Source: Oleiphilaceae bacterium
GTDB taxonomy: Bacteria; Pseudomonadota; Gammaproteobacteria; Pseudomonadales; Oleiphilaceae
Length of the DNA stretch: 61,783 bases
NCBI GenBank assembly: GCA_036833965.1
Contig: DAITOW010000001.1
Location: 1 to 61,783, forward strand
Direction of reading: 5' to 3'
The notes beneath the pieces are model-generated. The model was not told where the DNA came from and did no database searches. It saw nothing but the letters and a program-made list of their open reading frames with translations. Within the stretch, counting starts at the first letter, position 1. Each line of letters begins with the position of its first letter. Position numbers and translations under genes: made by a program. Below, piece by piece: positions 27,765 through 36,187 of the stretch.

Positions 27765-28811
27765 ATGCTGGTTCTTGGTATTGAAACGTCCTGCGATGAG
27801 ACAGGCATCGCCCTTTACGATACAGAAAAAGGCTTGCTGGCCGATGCCCTTTTTTCACAAATCGACTTACATGTAGATTATGGTGGCGTCGTGCCCGAGC
27901 TGGCTTCGAGAGACCATATCCGAAAGACTCTCCCTTTAATTGAGCAAGTTCTGGATGATGCCGTGTTAGTGCTCAATGACCTTGATGCGATTGCCTATAC
28001 TGCTGGGCCAGGTTTGATTGGTGCTTTGTTGGTTGGATCCAGTATTGCTGAAGCGCTTGCCTTTTCCTTAGGTATTCCGGCAATAGGCGTCCATCATATG
28101 GAGGGCCATCTCTTAGCACCTATGCTTGAAGAAAATCCTCCGGAGTTCCCTTTTGTCGGTTTACTTGTCTCAGGAGGGCATTCACAACTTGTTTCCGTAA
28201 AAGGACTTGGCGAATACAAGATTCTGGGCGAGTCCCTGGACGATGCTGCGGGAGAGGCCTTTGATAAGGCAGCAAAAATGTTGGGTCTTGATTATCCGGG
28301 TGGACCTCATATTGCCAGACTTGCAGAACACGCCAGAACAGAACTGGGTGGAACAAGCTATCGCTTTCCGAGACCGATGACAGATCGTCCGGGTCTGGAA
28401 TTCAGCTTTAGTGGTTTGAAAACATTTACCTTGAACACCGTTAACAAAGCGAAAGAGGAAGGGCGTTTTGATAGCGATGAGAAAGCTCGCATTGCGCTTG
28501 CTTTTGAAGACGCTGTGGTTGATACCTTAATGATTAAATGTCGTCGTGCCTTAAAAGAAACAGGGTTTAAAAGGCTTGTTATTGCAGGGGGGGTGAGCGC
28601 GAATCTCAATCTGCGCGCAACACTGAAGAAAATGGAAGAAAAGACTGGCTCGGAAGTGTTTTACGCTCGGCAGAAATACTGTACCGACAATGGTGCCATG
28701 ATCGCATACGCAGGAGCTCAGCGTCTGCTCGCTGGTCAGCGAAGTGATGGATCGGTAGCGGTTCGACCCAGATGGCCTATGGATCAACTGCCGTCTTTGA
28801 CAGAGGCCTAG
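27765..28811 (+). CDS. tsaD: tRNA N6-adenosine threonylcarbamoyltransferase
   Basis: [19 protein letters not shown], metal motif HHMEGHL, GGVSAN. Confidence 0.92.
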   Translation: MLVLGIETSCDETGIALYDTEKGLLADALFSQIDLHVDYGGVVPELASRDHIRKTLPLIEQVLDDAVLVLNDLDAIAYTAGPGLIGALLVGSSIAEALAFSLGIPAIGVHHMEGHLLAPMLEENPPEFPFVGLLVSGGHSQLVSVKGLGEYKILGESLDDAAGEAFDKAAKMLGLDYPGGPHIARLAEHARTELGGTSYRFPRPMTDRPGLEFSFSGLKTFTLNTVNKAKEEGRFDSDEKARIALAFEDAVVDTLMIKCRRALKETGFKRLVIAGGVSANLNLRATLKKMEEKTGSEVFYARQKYCTDNGAMIAYAGAQRLLAGQRSDGSVAVRPRWPMDQLPSLTEA

Positions 28812-28818
28812 CTTACTT

Positions 28819-29175
28819 ATGAGTGATGTTATTTTTATTGAAGGGCTGAGTATCTCTGCCTCGATAGGCATTTTTGAGTGGGAGAAGCGAGTTAAACAAG
28901 ATTTGATCATCGATTGCCGTTTGCCTTTCTCTCTCTCTAAAGCGGCCCAAAGCAACTCTATTAATGATACGGTCAGCTACGCTGAAGTTGCGAGCGAAAT
29001 CATTACGCTCGTTCAGAGCAAGCATTTTGATTTGCTTGAACATCTGGCTGAGGAGTTAACGTTGCATATTTTCAGACTGTTTCCTGTCAACCATATTGAA
29101 TTGAAACTCGCCAAACCCGCTGCAGTAAAAGAAGCGAGAAGTGTAGGCATTATCATAGAGCGCTCGAGGGCCTAG
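28819..29175 (+). CDS. folB: Dihydroneopterin aldolase
   Basis: 118 aa. DVIFIEGL..IGIFEWEK is a typical FolB N-terminus, with YAEV and the C-terminal KP motif. Confidence 0.85.
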   Translation: MSDVIFIEGLSISASIGIFEWEKRVKQDLIIDCRLPFSLSKAAQSNSINDTVSYAEVASEIITLVQSKHFDLLEHLAEELTLHIFRLFPVNHIELKLAKPAAVKEARSVGIIIERSRA

Positions 29176-29178
29176 CGA

Positions 29179-29679
29179 GTGGAAGTGTTTTTAAGCGTTG
29201 GCACCAATATTGACCGAGAGCAAAACAGTCGTTCTGCTGTGCATGCTCTGCGCGAGGCTTTTGGCGATGTCGAACTGTCACCAGTTTATGAGAGTGCCGC
29301 AGTCGGATTCGATGGCGATCCCTTCTTTAATTTTATTGTGCGCGTAGATACTGATCAAACCGTAAGCGAGGTAAACCGGGTTCTTAAGGATATTGAGGAC
29401 CGGCATGGACGTGCGAGGGGTGGTCCAAAATTCTCATCCCGAAGTCTGGATATTGATGTTGTAACGTATGGCGATTTTGTCGGTGACATGGAGGGCGTGA
29501 CGCTTCCGCGACCGGAGTTGTTTTACAACGCATTTGTATTGCTACCGATGATTGATTTGTTGCATGATCAGCGTGAACCAAAAACCGGACAGCCTTACTT
29601 TCAGCTTAAGGATGGACTACCTTCTGAACAGACGATCAAGCAGATCGATTTTGATTTCGGGCTTACGGTTAAAGCCTAA
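29179..29679 (+). CDS. HPPK (FolK)-like protein, divergent second copy
   Basis: 166 aa, GTG start. HPPK-like blocks (LSVGTNI, PVYESAAVG, FNFIVRV, RSLDIDVV, AFVLLPM), but the canonical PH of the ..PHxx motif is PR here. Confidence 0.6.
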   Translation: MEVFLSVGTNIDREQNSRSAVHALREAFGDVELSPVYESAAVGFDGDPFFNFIVRVDTDQTVSEVNRVLKDIEDRHGRARGGPKFSSRSLDIDVVTYGDFVGDMEGVTLPRPELFYNAFVLLPMIDLLHDQREPKTGQPYFQLKDGLPSEQTIKQIDFDFGLTVKA

Positions 29680-29723
29680 TTTTCAGTGCCTCAGGCTTCT
29701 CTGATCAGGGCCGGCCTAAATGG

Positions 29724-30215
29724 ATGCCTTATCCAATGACTATAGAACATGTGTTTTCAATCGAACCATTCAGTTGGATGTCAATTGCTGCCGCGATTAT
29801 TTGTGGAGGTATTGTGGGTCTTGAAAGACAACTGAGGGGGAAGCCGGTCGGGATAAGAACTTCCGCTCTTATTGTGCTGGGCACTTATCTTTTTATTACA
29901 TCTGCGTTGTTGATTGAAAACGACGTAACAGATACTTCACGAATTATTGGCCAAGTAGTGACAGGCATTGGCTTTCTAGGCGCAGGTGTCATGCTTGCAA
30001 AAGACGGGGCGGTGGTGGGTGTCACCTCGGCCGCAACAATATGGGTGTTGGCCGCCATCGGCGTCTGCATCGCCGTTGTTCATTGGTTTGTGGCGTTGAA
30101 ATTATCGGTTTTGGTGGTTCTTATTCTCGTCGGTGTTGATCTGCTGGAAGATTATTCCTCTTACTTTACTCGCGGTGTGCACTCCAAATACACGAAATGG
30201 CGTGGAAAGAACTGA
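29724..30215 (+). CDS. MgtC/SapB-family membrane protein
   Basis: 163 aa. GGIVGLERQLRGKPVGIRT is the MgtC-family hallmark; 4-5 TM helices. Confidence 0.8.
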   Translation: MPYPMTIEHVFSIEPFSWMSIAAAIICGGIVGLERQLRGKPVGIRTSALIVLGTYLFITSALLIENDVTDTSRIIGQVVTGIGFLGAGVMLAKDGAVVGVTSAATIWVLAAIGVCIAVVHWFVALKLSVLVVLILVGVDLLEDYSSYFTRGVHSKYTKWRGKN

Positions 30216-30277
30216 TTCTATCTGGCCATAGGTCGGCTCTTACTGTCGGTATCAATTTCGCCAACAGTCAGAACCGA

Positions 30278-31924
30278 TCAGGGTCTCAGCTTCCTGATCA
30301 AATTTGCGGTTGAGGGGTCAAGCTTCTCCAGTTGCTCATCAGGGTTGCTTGCTTTACCTGTTAGCAATGGAAACAGCTCTTTCTCCAAGACCTTACCCAG
30401 TTCAACCCCCCATTGGTCAAACGAGTTGATGCCCCAGAGTTGGCCTTGTGCGAATACCTTGTGCTCGTATAGAGCTATGAGAGCACCGATTGAATGTGGA
30501 TTAAATTGGTTGACCATCAAAATGTTGTTTGGCTTGTTGCCTTTGATCATTTTGTGAGGCGCAATTGCGCGTGCATCGGATTCTGACATCCCTTGGCTAA
30601 TGAGCTCTTCATAAGCCTCACGCGTCGATTTGCCGACCATTAGCGCCTGACTTTGCGCTAAGCAGTTGCCAAGCAAATGTGCATGATTGTCGCGTACCTG
30701 GTAGGGGCTGTACTTTGCAATAATGAAATCAATTGGCACAGCCCCGCGGCCCTGATGAAAGAGCTGGTGATAGGCATGCTGTCCGTTGGTGCCGGCCCCC
30801 CCAAATAGTAGAGGTCCACTGGGATAACTGATTTGATTGCCGTCGTAGTCGGTGGTCTTTCCATTACTCTCCATATCAAGCTGCTGTAAGTGCTCTGGCA
30901 AGAAACGGAGTTGATGATCGTAAGGAATAACAGCGACCGATGCATGGCCGATAAAGGAGCGATTCCAAATGCCCACCAGCGCAAGCATTAGAGGTAGATT
31001 GCGTTCAACATCGGCGGAATAGAAATGCTCATCCATATCTTCCGCACCGGCAAGTAGGGCTAAAAAGTTATCAAAGCCGAGCTGAAACGCAATGGGGAAG
31101 CCAATTGCTGACCAAAGTGAATAGCGTCCGCCAACCCAATCCCACATAGGGAATATATGCTCTTCCGAAACGCCGAACTCGACTGCTTTCGGGACATTGC
31201 TTGATACTGCTGCCAAGTGCTTGCTGATATCACAGTCATCCCCGAGTTGTTGTTTCAACCATGAGATACATGCCCGCGCATTTTCGAGTGTCTCGAGTGT
31301 CGTGAATGATTTTGATTGCACCAGAAACAGGCAGGATTCGGGATCCAATTCTTCTAGGACATTTGCGACATCGCTGCCGTCAATATTCGAGACGAAGAAG
31401 GTTTGTATGCCAATTTTGTGGAAGTGTCTTAGTCCCTCGATGACCGTTTTGGGACCCAGATATGAGCCACCGATACCGATACTAACCAACTGAGTGACAG
31501 GCTTTCCGGTTGAACCTAACCATTGACGTGAGTGCAGCTTTTCAATCGTTCGCTGCATTGCGGATAGGGCTTCTGTTATTTCCCTGTGGATTTCAGGGTC
31601 AGAGGCTCGAAGAGCGGGTTTATTGAGTGCTCGTAAAGCCGTGTGCAATGCCGGGCGTCCTTCACTTTTATTAAGCGCAACGCCGCTAAACAGTTCTTTT
31701 ATCCTGTCTTTAATCCCGGCGTTGTTTGCCAGGTCGATCAAGAGTTTTTTGGTGGTGTTGGAAATAAGGTTCTTTGAGAAATCGCCATAAACATGCGGTG
31801 CTTCAATGCTGAAGTTTCCGACACGAGCCGGATCTTCATTGAAGTAATTAATCATTCGATCATGCTTGGCATGGTTCGCTAATTTTTTTAATGCAAGAAA
31901 AGTCGGGTTTGCATCCAGTCTCAT
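30278..31924 (-). CDS. pgi: Glucose-6-phosphate isomerase
   Basis: 548 aa with PGI signatures (IGIGGSYLGP, GGRYSLWSAIG, and an E...QHAYHQL.HQG region). Confidence 0.92.
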   Translation of the reverse strand: MRLDANPTFLALKKLANHAKHDRMINYFNEDPARVGNFSIEAPHVYGDFSKNLISNTTKKLLIDLANNAGIKDRIKELFSGVALNKSEGRPALHTALRALNKPALRASDPEIHREITEALSAMQRTIEKLHSRQWLGSTGKPVTQLVSIGIGGSYLGPKTVIEGLRHFHKIGIQTFFVSNIDGSDVANVLEELDPESCLFLVQSKSFTTLETLENARACISWLKQQLGDDCDISKHLAAVSSNVPKAVEFGVSEEHIFPMWDWVGGRYSLWSAIGFPIAFQLGFDNFLALLAGAEDMDEHFYSADVERNLPLMLALVGIWNRSFIGHASVAVIPYDHQLRFLPEHLQQLDMESNGKTTDYDGNQISYPSGPLLFGGAGTNGQHAYHQLFHQGRGAVPIDFIIAKYSPYQVRDNHAHLLGNCLAQSQALMVGKSTREAYEELISQGMSESDARAIAPHKMIKGNKPNNILMVNQFNPHSIGALIALYEHKVFAQGQLWGINSFDQWGVELGKVLEKELFPLLTGKASNPDEQLEKLDPSTANLIRKLRP

Positions 31925-31960
31925 TGTATTCCCTATCCCCAGAGCCGATGAAAAATGCGT

Positions 31961-32809
31961 TTACAGCGAGACTCTTATATTATCGATTAGGCGCGTTGAC
32001 CCCATGAAGGCAGCGGCCAAAATCACAATATCAACATCTCCGTCTTTCGCCGGAAGCAGGGTAGAAACGGATGCGATATTGAAATAATCCAGCCGAAAGC
32101 CGTATTCAGTGAGAGATGAGATTGCTTGCTGTCGAGCTGCAGTGAAGTCGGCATCTCCCTCGAGCAGTTTCGTTTTGGTTTCCTGAAGAACAAGATACAG
32201 GTACTTGGCAAGTTTGCGTTGTTCGGAGTTCAGATATCCATTACGCGAACTTTTTGCCAGACCATCGTCTTCCCGGCAGGTTTCTACACTGATGATCTCA
32301 ATAGGGAAGCAGAGATCCTTTACCAACTTACGAATGACCATGAGCTGTTGAAAGTCTTTTTCACCAAAGATCGCTTCGTCTGGTTGCACCATATTGAAAA
32401 GTTTGGAGACGATCGTAGCGACGCCGTCAAAGTGCTTCTCGCGACTTGCTCCGCAATGGTGTTTGGTAAGATCAGGAACGTGAACCGTCGACTCCGCTTT
32501 CAAGCCATCCGGATAGACTTCGGAAACACTGGGAGCAAAAAGCAAGTCGCAGCCTCTTGCTGCAAGAAGGGCGCTATCTTTTTCAAGCGTCCTCGGATAA
32601 GCATCAAAATCTTCGTTTTCACCGAATTGAAGAGGATTAACAAAGATGGTCGCCACTACGAGTCCAGAGCTCTCGCTAGCACGGTCAATCAGGCGCAGGT
32701 GACCTTCGTGGAGGTTGCCCATGGTTGGAACAAGGCTGATTCTCTTGCCTTTGCTGCGAGCCTGACGTAATGCCAGACGTAACTCTTTTAGTGTATGAAC
32801 GACCTGCAT
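31961..32809 (-). CDS. panC: Pantoate--beta-alanine ligase
   Basis: LVPTMGNLHEGHLRL HIGH-type motif, with FVNPLQFG and GEKDFQQ. Confidence 0.92.
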   Translation of the reverse strand: MQVVHTLKELRLALRQARSKGKRISLVPTMGNLHEGHLRLIDRASESSGLVVATIFVNPLQFGENEDFDAYPRTLEKDSALLAARGCDLLFAPSVSEVYPDGLKAESTVHVPDLTKHHCGASREKHFDGVATIVSKLFNMVQPDEAIFGEKDFQQLMVIRKLVKDLCFPIEIISVETCREDDGLAKSSRNGYLNSEQRKLAKYLYLVLQETKTKLLEGDADFTAARQQAISSLTEYGFRLDYFNIASVSTLLPAKDGDVDIVILAAAFMGSTRLIDNIRVSL

Positions 32810-32818
32810 ATTATTGTC

Positions 32819-33607
32819 TTAAAAGCTGTGTTCAGCCGAAGGGAACGAGCCGTTTTTAACAGATTGATCGTAAGCTTTTAGAGCTTCCTGGACTGTATTC
32901 GCCTCTTCCATGAAATTCTTTACAAAGCGTGGCAGTTTACCCGGGGTGAGGCCAAGCATGTCATGAACGACCAGCACTTGTCCGTCTGTTACATTGCCCG
33001 CGCCAATACCAATCACCGGAACACTGACAGCTTCGGTGACCCGTTTTGCGAGATCGGTAGGAACGCATTCCAGCAGAATTAAATCTGCACCGGCTTCTTC
33101 CAGTTCAATGACTGCTTCCACCATTTGATCTGCTGCATCCTGTTGTTTGCCCTGAACGCGGTACCCTCCCAGCTTGTTAACAGATTGGGGGGTTAGACCA
33201 AGATGAGCACACACAGGGATCCCTCTGAAGCTCAGTTCCGTGATGGTTTCTTTCAACCAGGCACTGCCTTCTATTTTGATAATGTGTGCGCCCGCTTGCA
33301 TTAGCAAACCTGCGTTGTGCACTGTTTGCTCTACACTGTTGTTGGCATTGAAAGGAAGGTCGGCCATGATCAGACTGTGTGAGTTTCCTCTTTTTACACA
33401 CCGCGTATGATAGATCATATCGTCCATCGACACGGGCAATGTACTGTCATGTCCTTGCAAGACCATGCCCAAAGAATCACCGATCAACAAAACATCAATG
33501 CCAGCCTCATTCGATAGGGCTGCAAAGCACGCATCGTAGCTGGTCAAACAAGAAAACTTTTTGCCTTCTTCCTTAAGTTTTTTCAAAGATAAGGTGGTGA
33601 CGGTCAT
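32819..33607 (-). CDS. panB: 3-methyl-2-oxobutanoate hydroxymethyltransferase
   Basis: ATG 33607 ([18 protein letters not shown]) aligns with the E. coli PanB N-terminus by recall; the ORF-track start 33640 is a TTG extension. Motifs [19 protein letters not shown] and IKIEG. Confidence 0.9.
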   Translation of the reverse strand: MTVTTLSLKKLKEEGKKFSCLTSYDACFAALSNEAGIDVLLIGDSLGMVLQGHDSTLPVSMDDMIYHTRCVKRGNSHSLIMADLPFNANNSVEQTVHNAGLLMQAGAHIIKIEGSAWLKETITELSFRGIPVCAHLGLTPQSVNKLGGYRVQGKQQDAADQMVEAVIELEEAGADLILLECVPTDLAKRVTEAVSVPVIGIGAGNVTDGQVLVVHDMLGLTPGKLPRFVKNFMEEANTVQEALKAYDQSVKNGSFPSAEHSF

Positions 33608-33659
33608 ACGCCCTTTTTCCAGTTGGGTTAATGCTTGCAAAGACTAGCTATATGTTGCC

Positions 33660-34160
33660 TTAAGAACAAGCCAAATTTCTATCTATCTTCGTGAGTTGAT
33701 GCGTCAGGCAATCTTCAAGGTGTTTCCTGAGAGCAGTGCCATCAGGCAACAACCAATCGGGTGCCAACTCCAGACAGGGCACTAATACAAAATCCCTTAT
33801 TAACGCTTCGCGGTGCGGAATCTGCAGATCAGGCCGAGTCAGTTGCACCTCTTGCTGACCGTAGAACGCAATATCAATGTCGATTACTCGCTCTCCCCAG
33901 ACTCTGGTCTTTATCCTGCCAAAGTCCTGCTCGATTTTTTGCATGGCACTGAGTAGCTCAACAGGAGATAGTTTCGTTTCTATCAGTATTGCTGAATTAA
34001 CATAATCGTCCTGATCCTGAGGCCCTCTGGGAGAACTGCTATAAAGCGATGCCCTGGCAAGCAGGGTAACTCCTGTTTGTTCGCCAATGACAGTCGCAGC
34101 CTTTTCGATTTGGCTTACCGGGTCATCCAGATTGCTTCCCAAAGCAAGAAGAACTTCCAT
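33660..34160 (-). CDS. folK: 2-amino-4-hydroxy-6-hydroxymethyldihydropteridine diphosphokinase (canonical copy)
   Basis: LALGSNL, YSSSPRGPQDQDDYVNSA, WGERVIDIDI, IPHREALIRDFVLVP. Downstream of pcnB, as in Pseudomonas and E. coli. Confidence 0.88.
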   Translation of the reverse strand: MEVLLALGSNLDDPVSQIEKAATVIGEQTGVTLLARASLYSSSPRGPQDQDDYVNSAILIETKLSPVELLSAMQKIEQDFGRIKTRVWGERVIDIDIAFYGQQEVQLTRPDLQIPHREALIRDFVLVPCLELAPDWLLPDGTALRKHLEDCLTHQLTKIDRNLACS

Positions 34161-35482
34161 TACTGAGGTCGCTTTGTGGTCCGTCTATTGTTTGGGCGTC
34201 TGCGAGGCGAAGGACGCTTGTTGCCATGAGGGCGACCCCGGGATGCACTAGCGACCGGGTTTTCTACCTGATATTGAGTCCACCATTGGCCCAGTCCGGG
34301 TTCAATTTCTTCGGACTGCTCTCTAAGCAGCAGGAAGTCATAGCCGGCCCTGAACCGGGGGTGGGTAACAAGTTGCGCAGCGCGTCGGCTATTATTTTTG
34401 ACCAGTCGAATTTGCATTTCCCATATTTCGCGCATTTGCAGGATGAATCGCTTCGGGATCATTACATTTGCTAGTTGAGCTTCGACAGCTTGGTGCGACG
34501 CTTGTTGCAGGGCAGGGAACTCGGATAAACCCTCGGACATCTTTTGCTGCCATAAACGATGTACTTCAGGCCATAGAAGCGATGCATACAGAAAGGCCGG
34601 TGTTATCGGCTTTTCCTGGGCAATACGCTTGTCAGTATTTTTCAGCGCGGCTTTGACGAATGCAAGGTAGTGGCCTTGTGCGTTGTGGGTGATCGCGTGA
34701 TGAACGATCGGGAACATGGCGTTGAAAAGGCCATTTTCAAACAAACGATCAAAAATCTTGAGGCCCGAGCCTGATACGAAAAGCTTGATAATCTCATCAA
34801 ACAGGCGTGCCGCTGCTACTGAGCTCATAAGATATGAAAGCTCACTAATTTTCCGTTCGGCGCGTTCTTCGATGTCGAAATTAAGTTTTTCGGCAAATCG
34901 AACTGCACGTAGCATCCGTACCGGATCTTCCCGATACCGTTCTTCCGGTTCACCAATTAGGCGTAAGGTTTTCGCTTCTATGTCTGCAAGCGCACTGCAG
35001 TAGTCATATATTTGGAAATCTGTTGCGCTGTAATAGAGAGCATTGGCAGTGAAGTCCCTGCGTATCGCGTCTTCTTCGATTGTGCCGTAGACATTGTCCC
35101 GTGTAAGCATGCCTTCAGACGTTTGCTGCTGAGCGGCAGAACTTTCGCTACTTCCACGAAATGTTGCAACCTCAATAACTTCTCGCCCAAAAAGTACATG
35201 CACAAGCTTGAAACGCCTGCCTATGAGGCGTGAGTTGGAAAACAGTTTGTGGACTTGCTCCGGATGCGCGTCCGTTGCGATATCAAAATCCTTGGGTTGA
35301 ATGCCAAGCAGCAAGTCTCGAATGCAACCGCCGACTAAATAGGCTTTGAATCCTGCGTTTTCCAGGCGATACATCACCTTCAGGGCGCTTGGGCTGATAT
35401 TTTTTCGCGAAACAGGGTGTTCGTCGCGCGGGATAATCCTTACAGGCAAAGTTGCCATCCTCTTTGAATGTGTCGTAAACAA
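34160..35482 (-). CDS. pcnB: Poly(A) polymerase I
   Basis: AYLVGGCIRDLLLG nucleotidyltransferase motif, DFDIAT, basic C-terminal tail. The start is uncertain: TTG 35482 versus ATG 35458. pcnB is known for non-canonical starts. Confidence 0.88.
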   Translation of the reverse strand: MFTTHSKRMATLPVRIIPRDEHPVSRKNISPSALKVMYRLENAGFKAYLVGGCIRDLLLGIQPKDFDIATDAHPEQVHKLFSNSRLIGRRFKLVHVLFGREVIEVATFRGSSESSAAQQQTSEGMLTRDNVYGTIEEDAIRRDFTANALYYSATDFQIYDYCSALADIEAKTLRLIGEPEERYREDPVRMLRAVRFAEKLNFDIEERAERKISELSYLMSSVAAARLFDEIIKLFVSGSGLKIFDRLFENGLFNAMFPIVHHAITHNAQGHYLAFVKAALKNTDKRIAQEKPITPAFLYASLLWPEVHRLWQQKMSEGLSEFPALQQASHQAVEAQLANVMIPKRFILQMREIWEMQIRLVKNNSRRAAQLVTHPRFRAGYDFLLLREQSEEIEPGLGQWWTQYQVENPVASASRGRPHGNKRPSPRRRPNNRRTTKRPQ

Positions 35483-35499
35483 CGCAAAAGTGTTCGGAA

Positions 35500-35928
35500 T
35501 TCTAGCGACAAATGGGGACTAAATACAGTAGTGAGCCGAGACAGCATTGGAAGAGCAGAGAAATGATGTGCATGAAGAGCCGCTCATCCGTGTTGGGCGC
35601 GTTCATGCTGAACAGTTTACGACTGTCAGTCATTATTATTGTTTTTCCGTGTCAGACCAAGAGCGTCGTTGACGCGGCAAACGGAATACTTTGAACGCTT
35701 AGAGCGGCAATACATTCTGAAAGTCTTTGTTAAACATGATGCTACTTTGAGTAGTTCTATACATGTAAAACGCTTTCAAAACACAATCGACCCGCTAAAA
35801 AGCAAGGCGTTCAAAATAATCAGTTCGCTCCGCTTTGTTATCTTTATTTGTGCGGACTGAGCTGCAAAAAAGACCTTTTTTTATTTTTATTTTGATAATC
35901 GCAGCAAAATAAGCTTTGTTATTTTTTG
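35500..35928 (-). ncRNA. Candidate CrcZ-type A-rich sponge sRNA (ends approximate, 3' end undefined)
   Basis: Lies downstream of a -24/-12 promoter in an ORF-free gap. At least 5 ARN-repeat blocks are present (for example GGAAAAACAAUAAUAAUGA and AUCAAAAUAAAAAUAAAAAAAAGG). The position corresponds to crcZ between cbrB and pcnB in Pseudomonas. Confidence 0.35.
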
Positions 35929-35937
35929 TATCCATGT

Positions 35938-35954
35938 ATGCGCAATCCATGCCA
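35938..35954 (-). promoter_or_regulatory. Putative sigma-54 (-24/-12) promoter
   Basis: The minus strand reads TGGCATGGATTGCGCAT. GG and GC are separated by exactly 10 nt as in TGGCAC-N5-TTGC; the -24 element matches 5/6. Confidence 0.5.
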
Positions 35955-36036
35955 GAAACAAAAAAATGATTTAAAACAGTGCTTTAGACTTTATCTGTAG
36001 TCCGAAAGGCGTAGCAAAAGGCTTAGCGATACCTTT

Positions 36037-36116
36037 GGTAACAAAAATAATGTTAAATCGTTACCTTGGCGTTACTATCTGTAATTTTTCGATTGTGGTG
36101 AGGTTCAGGGTAACAG
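36037..36116 (-). promoter_or_regulatory. Putative enhancer (UAS) with four GTAAC/GTTAC half-sites
   Basis: GGTAAC(36037-42)-N17-GTTACC(36060-65) is a perfect inverted repeat. GTTAC (36071-75) and GGTAACA (36109-15) follow. All lie 85-175 bp upstream of the -24/-12 element. Confidence 0.35.
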
Positions 36117-36187
36117 TGAGGAACGATAAGCAAAACAAGAACTTGTGAACTGGTAGACGTTTTTTCGGCGCAGCGGTTAAAAAGTGA

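Noticed and set aside
35512-35860. Two + strand ORFs (35512-35694, 60 aa; 35639-35860, 73 aa) inside the cbrB-like/pcnB gap.
   Set aside because: They have no RBS, overlap each other and have an atypical composition. The region is better explained as a non-coding regulatory or sRNA locus on the opposite strand.
35861-35905. The A6-GACC-T8 / GCTGC...GCAGC structure considered as the intrinsic terminator of the candidate sRNA or of the regulator gene.
   Set aside because: The stem is short and mostly A-U. It lies only ~30-65 nt from the predicted start, which would give an implausibly short RNA. It more likely just displays the A-rich block in a loop.
36120-36145. Plus-strand A-rich stretch AACGATAAGCAAAACAAGAAC, which resembles a CA motif.
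   Set aside because: It is on the wrong strand relative to the sigma-54 promoter and lies upstream of it, just after the regulator stop. No + strand promoter is evident, so it is probably a coincidental A-rich spacer.
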